Source: an uncultured Muribaculaceae bacterium (GTDB taxonomy: Bacteria > Bacillota_I > Bacilli_A > RF39 > UBA660). Taken from it: 62,100 nt of DNA. The notes beneath the pieces are model-generated. The model did no database searches and was not told the origin of the DNA. It saw only the letters and a program-made list of their open reading frames with translations. Shown one piece after another: positions 10,201-18,240 of the stretch. The DNA lies in assembly GCA_964371705.1 (NCBI GenBank), contig CAYJNH010000001.1, positions 1-62,100 of the forward strand, given 5' to 3'. The number at the start of each line of letters is the position of its first letter. Within the stretch, counting starts at the first letter, position 1. Both the position numbers and the translations under genes were made by a program.

Positions 10201-10441
10201 TTATGATACAGTAAGTGATACTGGTGAAGTATATGAAAATACACAATGTTATAGTTCATATTTAGACAGCTTATCTAGTGATAACAAACATAGTGACAAC
10301 TTCAACTTTATTGATAGTAGAAGTCCTGATGTAGAAGATAGAATAAGTAATAAAAATGAATATTTCGTTCCATTCTTCGGAGAAGAAACAACAATACCTG
10401 AAAATAGTCCAACAAGTGTTGGTGGACCATCGTGGAAGTAA
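7256..10441 (+). CDS. module 2 gene B: giant Cys-rich secreted protein (1061 aa from the internal ATG), paralog of 3021..5978
   Basis: The ORF track begins at 7175. However, RBS aaggag plus ATG at 7256 (TAATG overlap with the upstream stop) gives a proper signal peptide, MNKFLKLFIISIFALILVNVQNVEA. It has the same conserved Cys blocks and the PTSVGGPSWK C-terminus. Confidence 0.7.
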   Translation: MNKFLKLFIISIFALILVNVQNVEAYLTPDRNYVVQADKSNFFTGLYYSTPKSYGVESVQHENGMPYQKSGNGSYKYNTTRYFIQTEKGLTAIYCLDPNLDGSLQISYSTDAMFMRAESSLEQRSYEAGLIEILNNGFNNVGNNSYTYDGTTISSDDYYYATMLAVRAYAIGFWNFGYGNGANTGTYRQHAAVIGSYGEYWGSRTGILNYPETDENKTAIYDSLNILSEKFNNENDMTTRYANSGLGKAYDNFYFNVPSGAAEKTIMLVARELFYDGVIGAGEYAESQENGEGSGKLEMGTASVSSTYIDPTTEKPNLPEDTQKAPEFYPFEVYKNIIVTIPEDESDTDEDSDTDTETEEENDSYYKVEYRTYLMTASEFGEGKITAFSIDFPENEQAKLNKVDYYVTNEDGVYEKVDTLINLDLSSNPKIKFIMEVQSKIDGLVKFDDCNNSKYTINYSYETKNVGPSGEGAFLGNGNASYQRFALWEAGTDVPFVTINKTYKPAECEVPEEKNCGTIMDVANNCTEFGEGAYGDAINVGSITAPEDIINCVVNGEDDAGNSYTAEGCALDNEKNIYVPETTENLLTDNPYCSISCKEDYEYFKFPGIQETQNGRYFSIGAEIKGTKSCYTDQIDKNQYNQDIEEIINSGKSFEEVKEEVEEATAKLNACSTWEVNFSQSPEIEYEYDSGYFDLIQNDEHKELDLVSQDFETPNTMYCAGALTDEKYNSCNGSSERELKEDVIHYQGQEITLSIYTADYYKYSSTKVMNYTTPKVFYTVMGTGDIIYGQAGDDDTLVNGLPVKVDVPEGMHKFEFNIKNLGSFYDDKNNCTTGRLIDSSPDTESVADVLGVNGYKGDYTCSYEIPEPECVDCEVGGTLNICPNCIVTIGDLYFRVYSSNNFNPNDRELGYNWSYDYDVNDKFGFVMEKANLTLKGENGIEELKEQAYENDPILTVSLTPDMADEIRDYNSNNSYTNSTLVCYDTVSDTGEVYENTQCYSSYLDSLSSDNKHSDNFNFIDSRSPDVEDRISNKNEYFVPFFGEETTIPENSPTSVGGPSWK

Positions 10442-10873
10442 GGGGGAAAAATAAATGAAAAGTGCATACTGGGGATATTGGTTAGTAATATTAGGAGTAT
10501 TTATCGTAGTGGTAATGCTCCTGGTACAAAACCTAACAACAGGAAATACTCAAAGTTATTCATTAATAAAAGAAATAAGTGAAGCATCAATGTTAGATGC
10601 GGTTGATTATGGATATTATAGAATATATGGAGAAGCAAAAATAAATAAAGAAAAATTCATGGAAAGTTTTATAAGAAGAATGGCAGAGTCTACAAGTGGT
10701 TCAACAACATACGAAATAGAATTCTATGAAATATATGAATCACCACCAAAAATAAGTGTAAGAGTATCAAGTAAATCATCTACATTTAATATAGTAGGAG
10801 ATTCAACAGATTTTGATATAGTAGATAAAATAGATGCTGTATTAGAAGGTAAACCAATCAATGGATAAAAGGA
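10407..10873. repeat. copy 2 of the 467-bp identical direct repeat
   Basis: See copy 1 (5944..6410). Confidence 0.85.
10455..10868 (+). CDS. module 2 gene C: 137 aa leader-plus-hydrophobic-helix protein, identical to 5992..6405
   Basis: Protein identical to 5992..6405. Followed 15 nt later by the CpaB-like gene. Confidence 0.6.
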   Translation: MKSAYWGYWLVILGVFIVVVMLLVQNLTTGNTQSYSLIKEISEASMLDAVDYGYYRIYGEAKINKEKFMESFIRRMAESTSGSTTYEIEFYEIYESPPKISVRVSSKSSTFNIVGDSTDFDIVDKIDAVLEGKPING

Positions 10874-10883
10874 GGATAAAAAA

Positions 10884-11654
10884 GTGAAAGTATCAGGAGG
10901 AATAAAAAGATTTTTAACCAACAAAAATACTATTACTTTATTAGCTGTAATAGTAGGGATTATTGCACTATGGTTTTTCTATAGTATGAGAGTTAATGAT
11001 GCTATTGATCCAATAAATATCCCTTACGCAGTAGAAGAAATAGGAGCAACTCAAGAAATATTAGAGGAGAACATAAAGTTTGTAGAAGTTAATAGACAAC
11101 TTCTAGATACAATAGAAGTTATACAGTTAAGTAATCAACTTATTGGAAAATATGTAACAACAGGAACATCAATACCTGCAGGAGGATTCTTTTACAATAG
11201 TCAAGTTGTAGATAAACAAGAATTACCAAACGCAGTATTTGATGATATACCTGAAGGATATACACTATTTTCTTTAAACGTTGATATAAATTCAACTTAT
11301 GGTAACTCAATTTATCCAGGTGATAAAATAGACTTATACGTGCAAGCGAATGATGATGTTCAAGATAAAATAATGTTTGGTAAATTTGTAGAAAGTATAG
11401 AAGTTTTAGCCGTTAGAGATAGTGGACAAAATGATATTTTTGAAAGCACAACTACTGGAAATGCAAGTTTGTTATTATTTGCAGTAGATGATGACATGTT
11501 TCACTTGTTAAGTCAAGCTCAAACAATTAGTGGACTTCAAATAATACCAGTTCCTAGAAATAAGGAATATACTACAGAGTCGTCTACGACTGAGGTAAAA
11601 AGTGAATATATAAAACAATATATATTATCTAAAACATTAACAGTAGAAGAATAA
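10884..11654 (+). CDS. CpaB/RcpC-like pilus assembly protein (N-terminal TM anchor)
   Basis: GTG start 8 nt after GGAGG. Single N-terminal TM helix and beta-rich remainder. Sits directly upstream of the CpaF-like ATPase, as in Tad loci. The call is mostly contextual. Confidence 0.5.
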   Translation: MKVSGGIKRFLTNKNTITLLAVIVGIIALWFFYSMRVNDAIDPINIPYAVEEIGATQEILEENIKFVEVNRQLLDTIEVIQLSNQLIGKYVTTGTSIPAGGFFYNSQVVDKQELPNAVFDDIPEGYTLFSLNVDINSTYGNSIYPGDKIDLYVQANDDVQDKIMFGKFVESIEVLAVRDSGQNDIFESTTTGNASLLLFAVDDDMFHLLSQAQTISGLQIIPVPRNKEYTTESSTTEVKSEYIKQYILSKTLTVEE

Positions 11655-11681
11655 AAAAAAGAATAAAAGGTGGTGATTAGT

Positions 11682-12773
11682 GTGAATGATGCAATATTTT
11701 CACAATTAGATTTTGGTCCAATTAAAGAATTTTTAGAAGATGAAAATATAACAGATGTTTCATATACTAATGGCGGCCAAATATGGTTAAAAACACTAGA
11801 TAAAGGTGTATATCAAGTTGAAAAAGAAGGGATTAACAATGCCCTTCTTGAAAAACTTGCTTTCCAGTGTTCTAATGTAATGGGTACGACATTTAATATG
11901 GCACACCCTTTTTTAGATGCTGAAAGTGCTGAATTACGTTTAAACTTTGTTCACGAGTCAATAGCTACAAATGGTATTGCTTGTACAATACGTAAAACTC
12001 CAGCAAAAATAAGATTAAATAAAGAAAAATTACTAGATGAAAAATATGTTACTGAGGAATTACACAATTTCTTATTAACTTGTGTAAGTGGACATTGTAA
12101 TATAATTGTTAGTGGAGAAACAGGTTCAGGTAAAACAGAGTTAGTTAAATACCTAGCTTCACACACTAAAGAAAATGAGAAAATAATTACAATAGAAGAT
12201 ACATTAGAGTTACATTTAGATAAAATTTTTCCACACAGAGATATAATTGCAATGAAGACTAATAACATTGCTTCATATTCTGAAGTATTAGTTACATGTA
12301 TGAGACAAAATCCAAGATGGATTTTACTTTCAGAGGTAAGAACAGCAGAAGCTGTAACAGCAGTAAGAAACTCAATATCATCAGGACATAATATTATATC
12401 TACTATTCATTCAGATAGTGCTAGAAATGTACCAATGCGTTTATATAGTTTATTGGAATCTAATATAGATATAGATCAGTTTTTAAAATCTATACATAGA
12501 TATGTACAATTAGCTATACATGTTAAAGGGTATCTTAGTAAAGAATTAGGAAGATTTCAAAGAGAAATTGTTGAAGTGTGTGAATTTTATGTAAATGAAG
12601 AAAATGAACCACAACATAATATAATATATAAAAGAAATTTAGATGGTAAATTATTAATAAATAATCCGTCTAGTTCTTTAATAAATTATTTAGGTTCACA
12701 AGGAGTAGTTATTCCAGAAAACTTATTTGTGACTGAAAATGCAGAAGCAAATAGTTTTATTGAAAGTTTATAG
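11682..12773 (+). CDS. CpaF/TadA-type secretion ATPase (VirB11/T2SSE superfamily)
   Basis: Walker A motif SGETGSGKTE, then ITIEDTLEL, MRQNPRWILLSEVR and STIHS, at a size typical for CpaF. The ORF track starts at 11670; GTG at 11682 is better spaced from aaaggtggtga. Confidence 0.85.
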   Translation: MNDAIFSQLDFGPIKEFLEDENITDVSYTNGGQIWLKTLDKGVYQVEKEGINNALLEKLAFQCSNVMGTTFNMAHPFLDAESAELRLNFVHESIATNGIACTIRKTPAKIRLNKEKLLDEKYVTEELHNFLLTCVSGHCNIIVSGETGSGKTELVKYLASHTKENEKIITIEDTLELHLDKIFPHRDIIAMKTNNIASYSEVLVTCMRQNPRWILLSEVRTAEAVTAVRNSISSGHNIISTIHSDSARNVPMRLYSLLESNIDIDQFLKSIHRYVQLAIHVKGYLSKELGRFQREIVEVCEFYVNEENEPQHNIIYKRNLDGKLLINNPSSSLINYLGSQGVVIPENLFVTENAEANSFIESL

Positions 12774-12781
12774 GAGGTTTT

Positions 12782-13687
12782 ATGGTAGCGGGTATAGAAT
12801 TAGTTATAATTATAGCACTTGTAATATTTGTAATTATCTATAGAATGAATCCAGGTGAAAATGCTTATAAATCTATAGTTAAAAATGTTAACACAGTTTA
12901 CGATAAATATGCTCCTTATTCATATAAAGTAGTAAGAGAAAAAACAAAAGAATTAGGACAAGAATATAGTGCAAAACAGTATACTTCTCAAATAATTATA
13001 TTTGCAGGAGTAGCAGCAATAATATCATATTTTTACTTTTATAGTATAATTTGGTGTATATTTTATTCAGTAATAGCGATAGCTTTTGTTCCTTATTTAT
13101 CATATTTAAGAACTAAAAGAATTTATAGTGAGTACATATTTGAACAAATTCAAATATATACTACAAATGTAATAATGGAGTTCAATACGACTCAAAGTTT
13201 TATTAAGTCATTAGAGGGAGTTAGAGATTCAGGAATACTTGAAGATCCTGTATTATCTGATTTAAAAAGAATGATAGCTATGTCATATGAAAATGGTACT
13301 ATCGATGAATCAATAATATATTTTAATGAGAAATATCCATATTATATGGTTAAAAATATGAATCAATTATTCTTACAAATAACTAAAGAAGGGGCAAGAG
13401 ACTCAGGGCAAGCACTTGAAAATATGGCAATGGATATAGATGCTTTAGTAGAAGGTGTTTACAGAGATCAAATAGACAGAAAAAACTTCCATTCAAGATT
13501 TGTAAAATTTGGTATGGTTTTATTTGCTTTAGTAATAGCACTTCAATATATGTTAGGTAGAGATAATTATTTAGACATGCTGGATCTGTGGTATGTACAA
13601 ATAGTCTTACATTTAATTATTGCTGTAAATGCTTACTTTTTAGTAACAGGAGAAAAGTATTATAATGAAAATGTGGGGGTTGAATAA
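12782..13687 (+). CDS. TadB-like inner-membrane platform protein (T2SSF-like)
   Basis: RBS taggagg. TM helix, then a cytoplasmic helical domain, then C-terminal TM helices. One of a pair immediately after the ATPase. Confidence 0.55.
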   Translation: MVAGIELVIIIALVIFVIIYRMNPGENAYKSIVKNVNTVYDKYAPYSYKVVREKTKELGQEYSAKQYTSQIIIFAGVAAIISYFYFYSIIWCIFYSVIAIAFVPYLSYLRTKRIYSEYIFEQIQIYTTNVIMEFNTTQSFIKSLEGVRDSGILEDPVLSDLKRMIAMSYENGTIDESIIYFNEKYPYYMVKNMNQLFLQITKEGARDSGQALENMAMDIDALVEGVYRDQIDRKNFHSRFVKFGMVLFALVIALQYMLGRDNYLDMLDLWYVQIVLHLIIAVNAYFLVTGEKYYNENVGVE

Positions 13688-14475
13688 TGCAAATAGAAAT
13701 GATTATTATTACTGCCATAATATTATTAATAATGACTATAAATGGACATTTAAGTGTATCTAAATTAGTTACTGATAATGAAATTATATTTAGAAAATTA
13801 AAAGAAGAAGATTGGGATTTTTATGTAAGAGCAAGATACGGAGAACACGTTAATCCTAATGTTTTATTCAACAATAGAATAAAATATGGATTGCTAGTGT
13901 TTGCGATACTTATTATTGCATTTATTCAAGACTTTTCTAGTTTATCTATTTTAATATCATTAATTGCAGGTTTCTTAATGTTTAAATATAACTATGTACA
14001 AATAAAAGGATATTACAAAAAAAATATGCATCATATAGATTCAATGTTACCTCATTATCTTAAAAGTATAGAGATATTGATACAACATTATACAGTGCCG
14101 GTAGCTTTAGGTAAATCAATAGATGATGCACCAGAGATATTTAAACCAGGATTAAAAGAATTAATAAATGAAATAAATACAGGTGATGGAACAATAAACC
14201 CATATATGAATTTCGCTAAAAAATATCCAGTTAGAGATTCAATGAGAATGATGAGACTTTTATACCGTTTATCATTAGGTAGACAAGAAAGAAAACAAGA
14301 ACAAATACTTACATTTTCTAAATCTATTTCAAATTTACAACAAAAAGCAAGAGATACAAGATATAAAAATAGACTTGAAAAAATGGAAGGTAAAACAATG
14401 GCAATGTTAGTAGGTACAGGACTTGGAGTAATGGTTTTGCTTATCTTAGCCGTACTTCAATTAATGAATTTATAA
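13687..14475 (+). CDS. TadC-like inner-membrane platform protein (T2SSF-like)
   Basis: ATG overlaps the upstream stop (TAATG). LPHYLKSIEILIQHYTVPVALGKSI resembles the T2SSF core. TM helices at both ends. Confidence 0.55.
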   Translation: MQIEMIIITAIILLIMTINGHLSVSKLVTDNEIIFRKLKEEDWDFYVRARYGEHVNPNVLFNNRIKYGLLVFAILIIAFIQDFSSLSILISLIAGFLMFKYNYVQIKGYYKKNMHHIDSMLPHYLKSIEILIQHYTVPVALGKSIDDAPEIFKPGLKELINEINTGDGTINPYMNFAKKYPVRDSMRMMRLLYRLSLGRQERKQEQILTFSKSISNLQQKARDTRYKNRLEKMEGKTMAMLVGTGLGVMVLLILAVLQLMNL

Positions 14476-14501
14476 ACTTTACACAAATTGTAAAAAAAAA
14501 A

Positions 14502-14530
14502 TTGATATAAAATTAATAATAAGTTATAAT
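14502..14530 (+). promoter_or_regulatory. sigma-A-type promoter in front of the pilin genes
   Basis: TTGATA (14502-14507), 17 nt spacer, TATAAT (14525-14530). A strong RBS agaggagga follows. Confidence 0.55.
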
Positions 14531-14558
14531 AGTAATATAATAGAGGAGGAAATTTTTA

Positions 14559-14813
14559 ATGAAAGAAGCAACAGGAGAACTAAATATGACTGTAATAACA
14601 GTTGTAGCAATAGCAGCAGTAGGAGCATTTTTCTATGTGTTCGTATGGCCAGCAATACAAGGAAGTATAGAGCAAAACACAAGATGTGCAGCAGCACAAG
14701 CATGTACCACAAATGCTGATGGTACATCAATGACTTGTTCATATGACGAAGATGGCGATGGTACATTTGAAGTAACAAATTTACAGTGTCCAATAACAGA
14801 TGCAACGAATTAA
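14559..14813 (+). CDS. small pilin-like protein 1 (84 aa), leader MKEATG followed by a hydrophobic helix
   Basis: Strong RBS. Short charged leader ending in Gly, then a hydrophobic segment of about 22 aa and a small 4-Cys globular part ending in CPITDAT. Confidence 0.65.
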   Translation: MKEATGELNMTVITVVAIAAVGAFFYVFVWPAIQGSIEQNTRCAAAQACTTNADGTSMTCSYDEDGDGTFEVTNLQCPITDATN

Positions 14814-14825
14814 GAAGAAGATAAT

Positions 14826-15110
14826 ATGAAAGAAGCAACAGGAGAACTAAATATGACTGTAATAACAGTCGTAGCAATAGCAGCAGTAGGAGCATTTTTC
14901 TATGTGTTCGTATGGCCAGCAATACAAGGAAGTATAGAGCAAAATACAAGATGTGCAGCAGCGCAAGCTTGTACTGATAATGGTGATGGAACTATGTCGT
15001 GTTCATATGATGAAAATGGTGATGGCGATTTTACTGATACAAATGATGGAGATATGAATGGATCATTAATTTGTCCAATAACGGATGCAACTACAAACAC
15101 TGCACCATAA
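14826..15110 (+). CDS. small pilin-like protein 2 (94 aa), tandem duplicate of pilin 1
   Basis: The first 50 aa are identical to pilin 1, with only a few synonymous nucleotide differences. The C-terminal part has diverged. Confidence 0.6.
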   Translation: MKEATGELNMTVITVVAIAAVGAFFYVFVWPAIQGSIEQNTRCAAAQACTDNGDGTMSCSYDENGDGDFTDTNDGDMNGSLICPITDATTNTAP

Positions 15111-15130
15111 AAAAGAAAAGGAAATAAATT

Positions 15131-15361
15131 ATGAAAGAGGCTGTAGGAGAATTAAACACAACTGTAATTGTTGTACTAGCAATAGGGGCTTTTTCAGCCT
15201 TTTTTTTCACTGTGTTATGGCCTATGATAGATAATAATTTTGAAGAAAGTTCGAATTGTAGTGACGCTATTTGTGGTTCAGAAAAAAATGCAAATAACGA
15301 GGTAGAATGTTATATTAAAGGAAACGAAGATAATACATTCTTTTGTCCATATAAGGGGTGA
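15131..15361 (+). CDS. small pilin-like protein 3 (76 aa), leader MKEAVG
   Basis: Same architecture as pilins 1 and 2, with 4 Cys in the C-terminal part. Confidence 0.6.
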   Translation: MKEAVGELNTTVIVVLAIGAFSAFFFTVLWPMIDNNFEESSNCSDAICGSEKNANNEVECYIKGNEDNTFFCPYKG

Positions 15362-15367
15362 TTATAA

Positions 15368-16186
15368 ATGAAAGAAGCTATAGGAGGAACATTTTTATTC
15401 AATATAGTAATATTATTTATATTGCTTTTTACTGGAATAATGACTGTTACTATCAATAGATCCAAAGCTTTTGCAGTAAAAGATGATATTGTGGGTGTTA
15501 TAGAAAAAAACAATGGCGAAATAAGTTCTTTAGACGGTATACATGATGAAATAGTAGAAGCTATGACAAATGATTCATATAGAGCTGTAGGAACATGTCC
15601 TGATGGCTATACTGGTTATAATAGAGAAGGTGTATTATCTGGAGGTATATCAAATGCTTCAGAAGGATCGTCAATATGTATTCAAATGATAGAATCTGGT
15701 GATGTTATTGAAGAAGGTTCTCAAGGATCATATAATAAAATAACACCATCAGTGGATTATTACAAAGAATCAGGTAAATTAGTTCAAGTTAATTTATCAT
15801 ATGAAATTAATAGCGTTGAAAGCAAAAGAAAAATATTTTTATCATCATTTTATATGGAAAAAAATGGTAATAAAACCTATGATTACATAAGGGTTAACTA
15901 TGATATAGTAGATATTACTTTATCTGCCAAAGAAATGATTATTTATTATAAAGATGGAACTAAAATAGTAGGAGAAGTAAAAAGTATAGATGAAATAGAT
16001 TCTCCTCCAAATAATATATACAATATAAGTGATGGCAGTGAAACTGATATTACAGTAGAAAAAACTAGATCATGTTATTACAAAATAATGGTTTTTTATA
16101 ATCTGGATATACCAGTATTAAAAAGTATATTTAATTTTAATTTAATAGGTGAAACGAAGGTAGTAACAGGGTGTGATTTTAGTTAG
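15368..16186 (+). CDS. pseudopilin-like protein (272 aa; TadE/TadF/TadG-like role), leader MKEAIG
   Basis: Leader plus hydrophobic helix. Shares GTCPDGY/GKCP and the C-terminal ...FYNLDIPVL..FNF.L.GET motif with 16199..16645. Confidence 0.5.
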   Translation: MKEAIGGTFLFNIVILFILLFTGIMTVTINRSKAFAVKDDIVGVIEKNNGEISSLDGIHDEIVEAMTNDSYRAVGTCPDGYTGYNREGVLSGGISNASEGSSICIQMIESGDVIEEGSQGSYNKITPSVDYYKESGKLVQVNLSYEINSVESKRKIFLSSFYMEKNGNKTYDYIRVNYDIVDITLSAKEMIIYYKDGTKIVGEVKSIDEIDSPPNNIYNISDGSETDITVEKTRSCYYKIMVFYNLDIPVLKSIFNFNLIGETKVVTGCDFS

Positions 16187-16198
16187 GAGGAAATAAAA

Positions 16199-16645
16199 AT
16201 GAGAGAAGTACAAGGAACAACATGGATATTTGGTCTTGTTATTACTTTTATATTTTTATTTGCTGCTTTTTTAATTTTAGCAATAAATTATACTGATTCA
16301 TTTCGAATAAGAAATGATATTATTACTATAATAGAAGAGTATGAAGGTTATCACTCTACGAGTGCTGAAATTATAAATGATTTTTTACTTGCTGAAGGAT
16401 ATAAAACAACAGGAAAGTGTCCAACCAGTAATAATGAATCAGAACCAGTTTATCAAACTGTAAGTAACTTAGATTCATATACTGTTATAAATGCAGAAAA
16501 TGGTACAAACTATTCGTACTGTGTAAAAAATGAAGACGGCATATTTGAAATAATTTTATTTTATAAATTCAATTTGCCAGTGATTGGAAACTTTTTAACC
16601 TTTCAAATAAAAGGTACAACAAATAAAATAATGGATTTTGAATAA
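16199..16645 (+). CDS. pseudopilin-like protein (148 aa), leader MREVQG
   Basis: Strong RBS aggagg. Leader plus hydrophobic helix. Paralogous C-terminal motif FYKFNLPVIGNFLTFQIKGTT. Confidence 0.5.
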   Translation: MREVQGTTWIFGLVITFIFLFAAFLILAINYTDSFRIRNDIITIIEEYEGYHSTSAEIINDFLLAEGYKTTGKCPTSNNESEPVYQTVSNLDSYTVINAENGTNYSYCVKNEDGIFEIILFYKFNLPVIGNFLTFQIKGTTNKIMDFE

Positions 16646-16657
16646 ATAGGAGGATAT

Positions 16658-17650
16658 ATGAATGTAATAGTATCAAATAATTATCAAACACTTTTAGGTA
16701 CACTTGAAATAGATGTAATAAAAAGCATCAATGGAGTATTTGAAGTTTCGGAAATAATAAATCAATTTAAAAATTTCTTTTATAATAAAATGATTATTGA
16801 TGTAACTGCTATAAAAGATTATGAAAAAATAGAGGTCATTCAAGAATTATCAATGAATTTTGATATGAACAATGTAATATTACTATTAGATGATTCACAA
16901 ATAGTAAATTCACCTAGCTATTTATCACAGTTAGTATCAATGGGGATATATAACTTTACAAAAAAAGGTGAAGTTGTTACTTTTTTAATAGATAATCCAA
17001 ATTCATATAAAGATGTAGCAAATTATCAACATTTAAATAATCAACCAGAGAGTGAACAAATTAAATTAAATAGCAGTGCAGGTGTTGATAAAGGTTTTAT
17101 TGGTCAAAGAATTATTGGCATAAAAAATATGACAGTACATGCTGGTTCTACTACACTGGCATATATATTAAAAACACATTTACAAAAATATTATAGTGTT
17201 AAATGCATAGAACTAGATAAAAATGATTTTTCATATTTTGGAGATAAAGAACTTCTTAATACAACATCGGATAATATACATAATTTTATAAGAATGAATA
17301 GTGGAATAGAGGTAATTATAGTAGATTTAAATAATTCAGGTGAAATTCCAAATTCTGAAACATTATACTTAATTGAACCAGGAATTATTAAGTTAAATAA
17401 ATTAATCAAACAAAATAACAGAATATTTGATGCACTAAAAAACAGTAAAATAATATTAAATAGAAGTACACTAAATAGTAAAGATGTAGTAGATTTTGAA
17501 AAAGAATCAGGGAGTAAAGTATTTTCAAATATTCCTAATATAGATGATAAAATAGATAAAGAGGCTTCAATAGTAAGTTTGTTAACATTATTAGGTTTCA
17601 CAAGATTAAATGAAGATAAAGAAAATAAAGGTATTTTTGGTATATTTTAG
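16658..17650 (+). CDS. TadZ/CpaE-like localisation protein (receiver-like N-domain plus ParA/MinD-like domain with degenerate P-loop)
   Basis: IIGIKNMTVHAGSTTLAYIL occupies the position of the MinD-type KGGxGK[ST]T loop but lacks the Lys. No TM helix. Position in the Tad-like locus supports the call. Confidence 0.4.
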   Translation: MNVIVSNNYQTLLGTLEIDVIKSINGVFEVSEIINQFKNFFYNKMIIDVTAIKDYEKIEVIQELSMNFDMNNVILLLDDSQIVNSPSYLSQLVSMGIYNFTKKGEVVTFLIDNPNSYKDVANYQHLNNQPESEQIKLNSSAGVDKGFIGQRIIGIKNMTVHAGSTTLAYILKTHLQKYYSVKCIELDKNDFSYFGDKELLNTTSDNIHNFIRMNSGIEVIIVDLNNSGEIPNSETLYLIEPGIIKLNKLIKQNNRIFDALKNSKIILNRSTLNSKDVVDFEKESGSKVFSNIPNIDDKIDKEASIVSLLTLLGFTRLNEDKENKGIFGIF

Positions 17651-17704
17651 TTGACATAATAACTAATATTATATAGAATATAAAAAAGGAAAAGGAGTGA
17701 TTAT

Positions 17705-18148
17705 ATGTTAACGCTAGCATTTTGTGCAGAAACATGGTCAATATGGAAATTAGTAGGAGATATACTAACAATATTTAAAATAGTAATTCCTATAATTATA
17801 ATAATAATGGGAGCTATTGATTTAGGAAAAGCAGTAGTATCAAGTAAAGAAGATGAAATAAAAAAAGCAACAGGATCTTTAATGAGAAGATTTATTGCAG
17901 GTATTATAATATTCTTTATACCAACAATAGTAAGTGTAGTATTTAATGTACTAGATAACTTTGGAGAAATTAGAAAAGATTATACAATATGTTCGACATG
18001 TGTATCAACACCTAGCGAATGTAGAGCAGTAGCTCTTGATTATTGTGATTATAATGACGAAGGTGAAAGTCAATTAAACGAAGAAGAGGACAACGATTTA
18101 CCATGTTTAAGTGAAGATGAATTGTTTCCAGAAATAATTGAAGAGTAA
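17705..18148 (+). CDS. two-TM membrane protein with Cys-rich acidic C-terminal tail (paralog A)
   Basis: RBS aaaggag. The N-terminal region of about 95 aa is nearly identical to 18241..18639. Tail: CSTCVSTPSECRAVALDYCDYNDEGE... Confidence 0.55.
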   Translation: MLTLAFCAETWSIWKLVGDILTIFKIVIPIIIIIMGAIDLGKAVVSSKEDEIKKATGSLMRRFIAGIIIFFIPTIVSVVFNVLDNFGEIRKDYTICSTCVSTPSECRAVALDYCDYNDEGESQLNEEEDNDLPCLSEDELFPEIIEE

Positions 18149-18240
18149 AATCTTCTTTTTTTATGTAAAGTAAGTCAAATATATTGACTAAATAAAAAAA
18201 ATTTTGTAAAATAAGAATATAGAAAAGAGAGAGTGATTTT

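Noticed and set aside
14524-14949. 141 aa Leu-rich ORF on the minus strand with an internal repeat.
   Set aside because: It is the antisense shadow of the two tandem pilin genes, whose GCA/GCT-rich sense codons read as Leu-rich in reverse. Its repeat simply mirrors the pilin duplication. It has no RBS and it overlaps well-supported genes.
17705-18148. A possible missing prepilin (A24) peptidase, because of the LVGDIL and GAIDLGK elements.
   Set aside because: It has only two TM helices and a core of about 95 aa. A24 peptidases have more helices and a G.GD(V/I)K-type motif. The resemblance is superficial.
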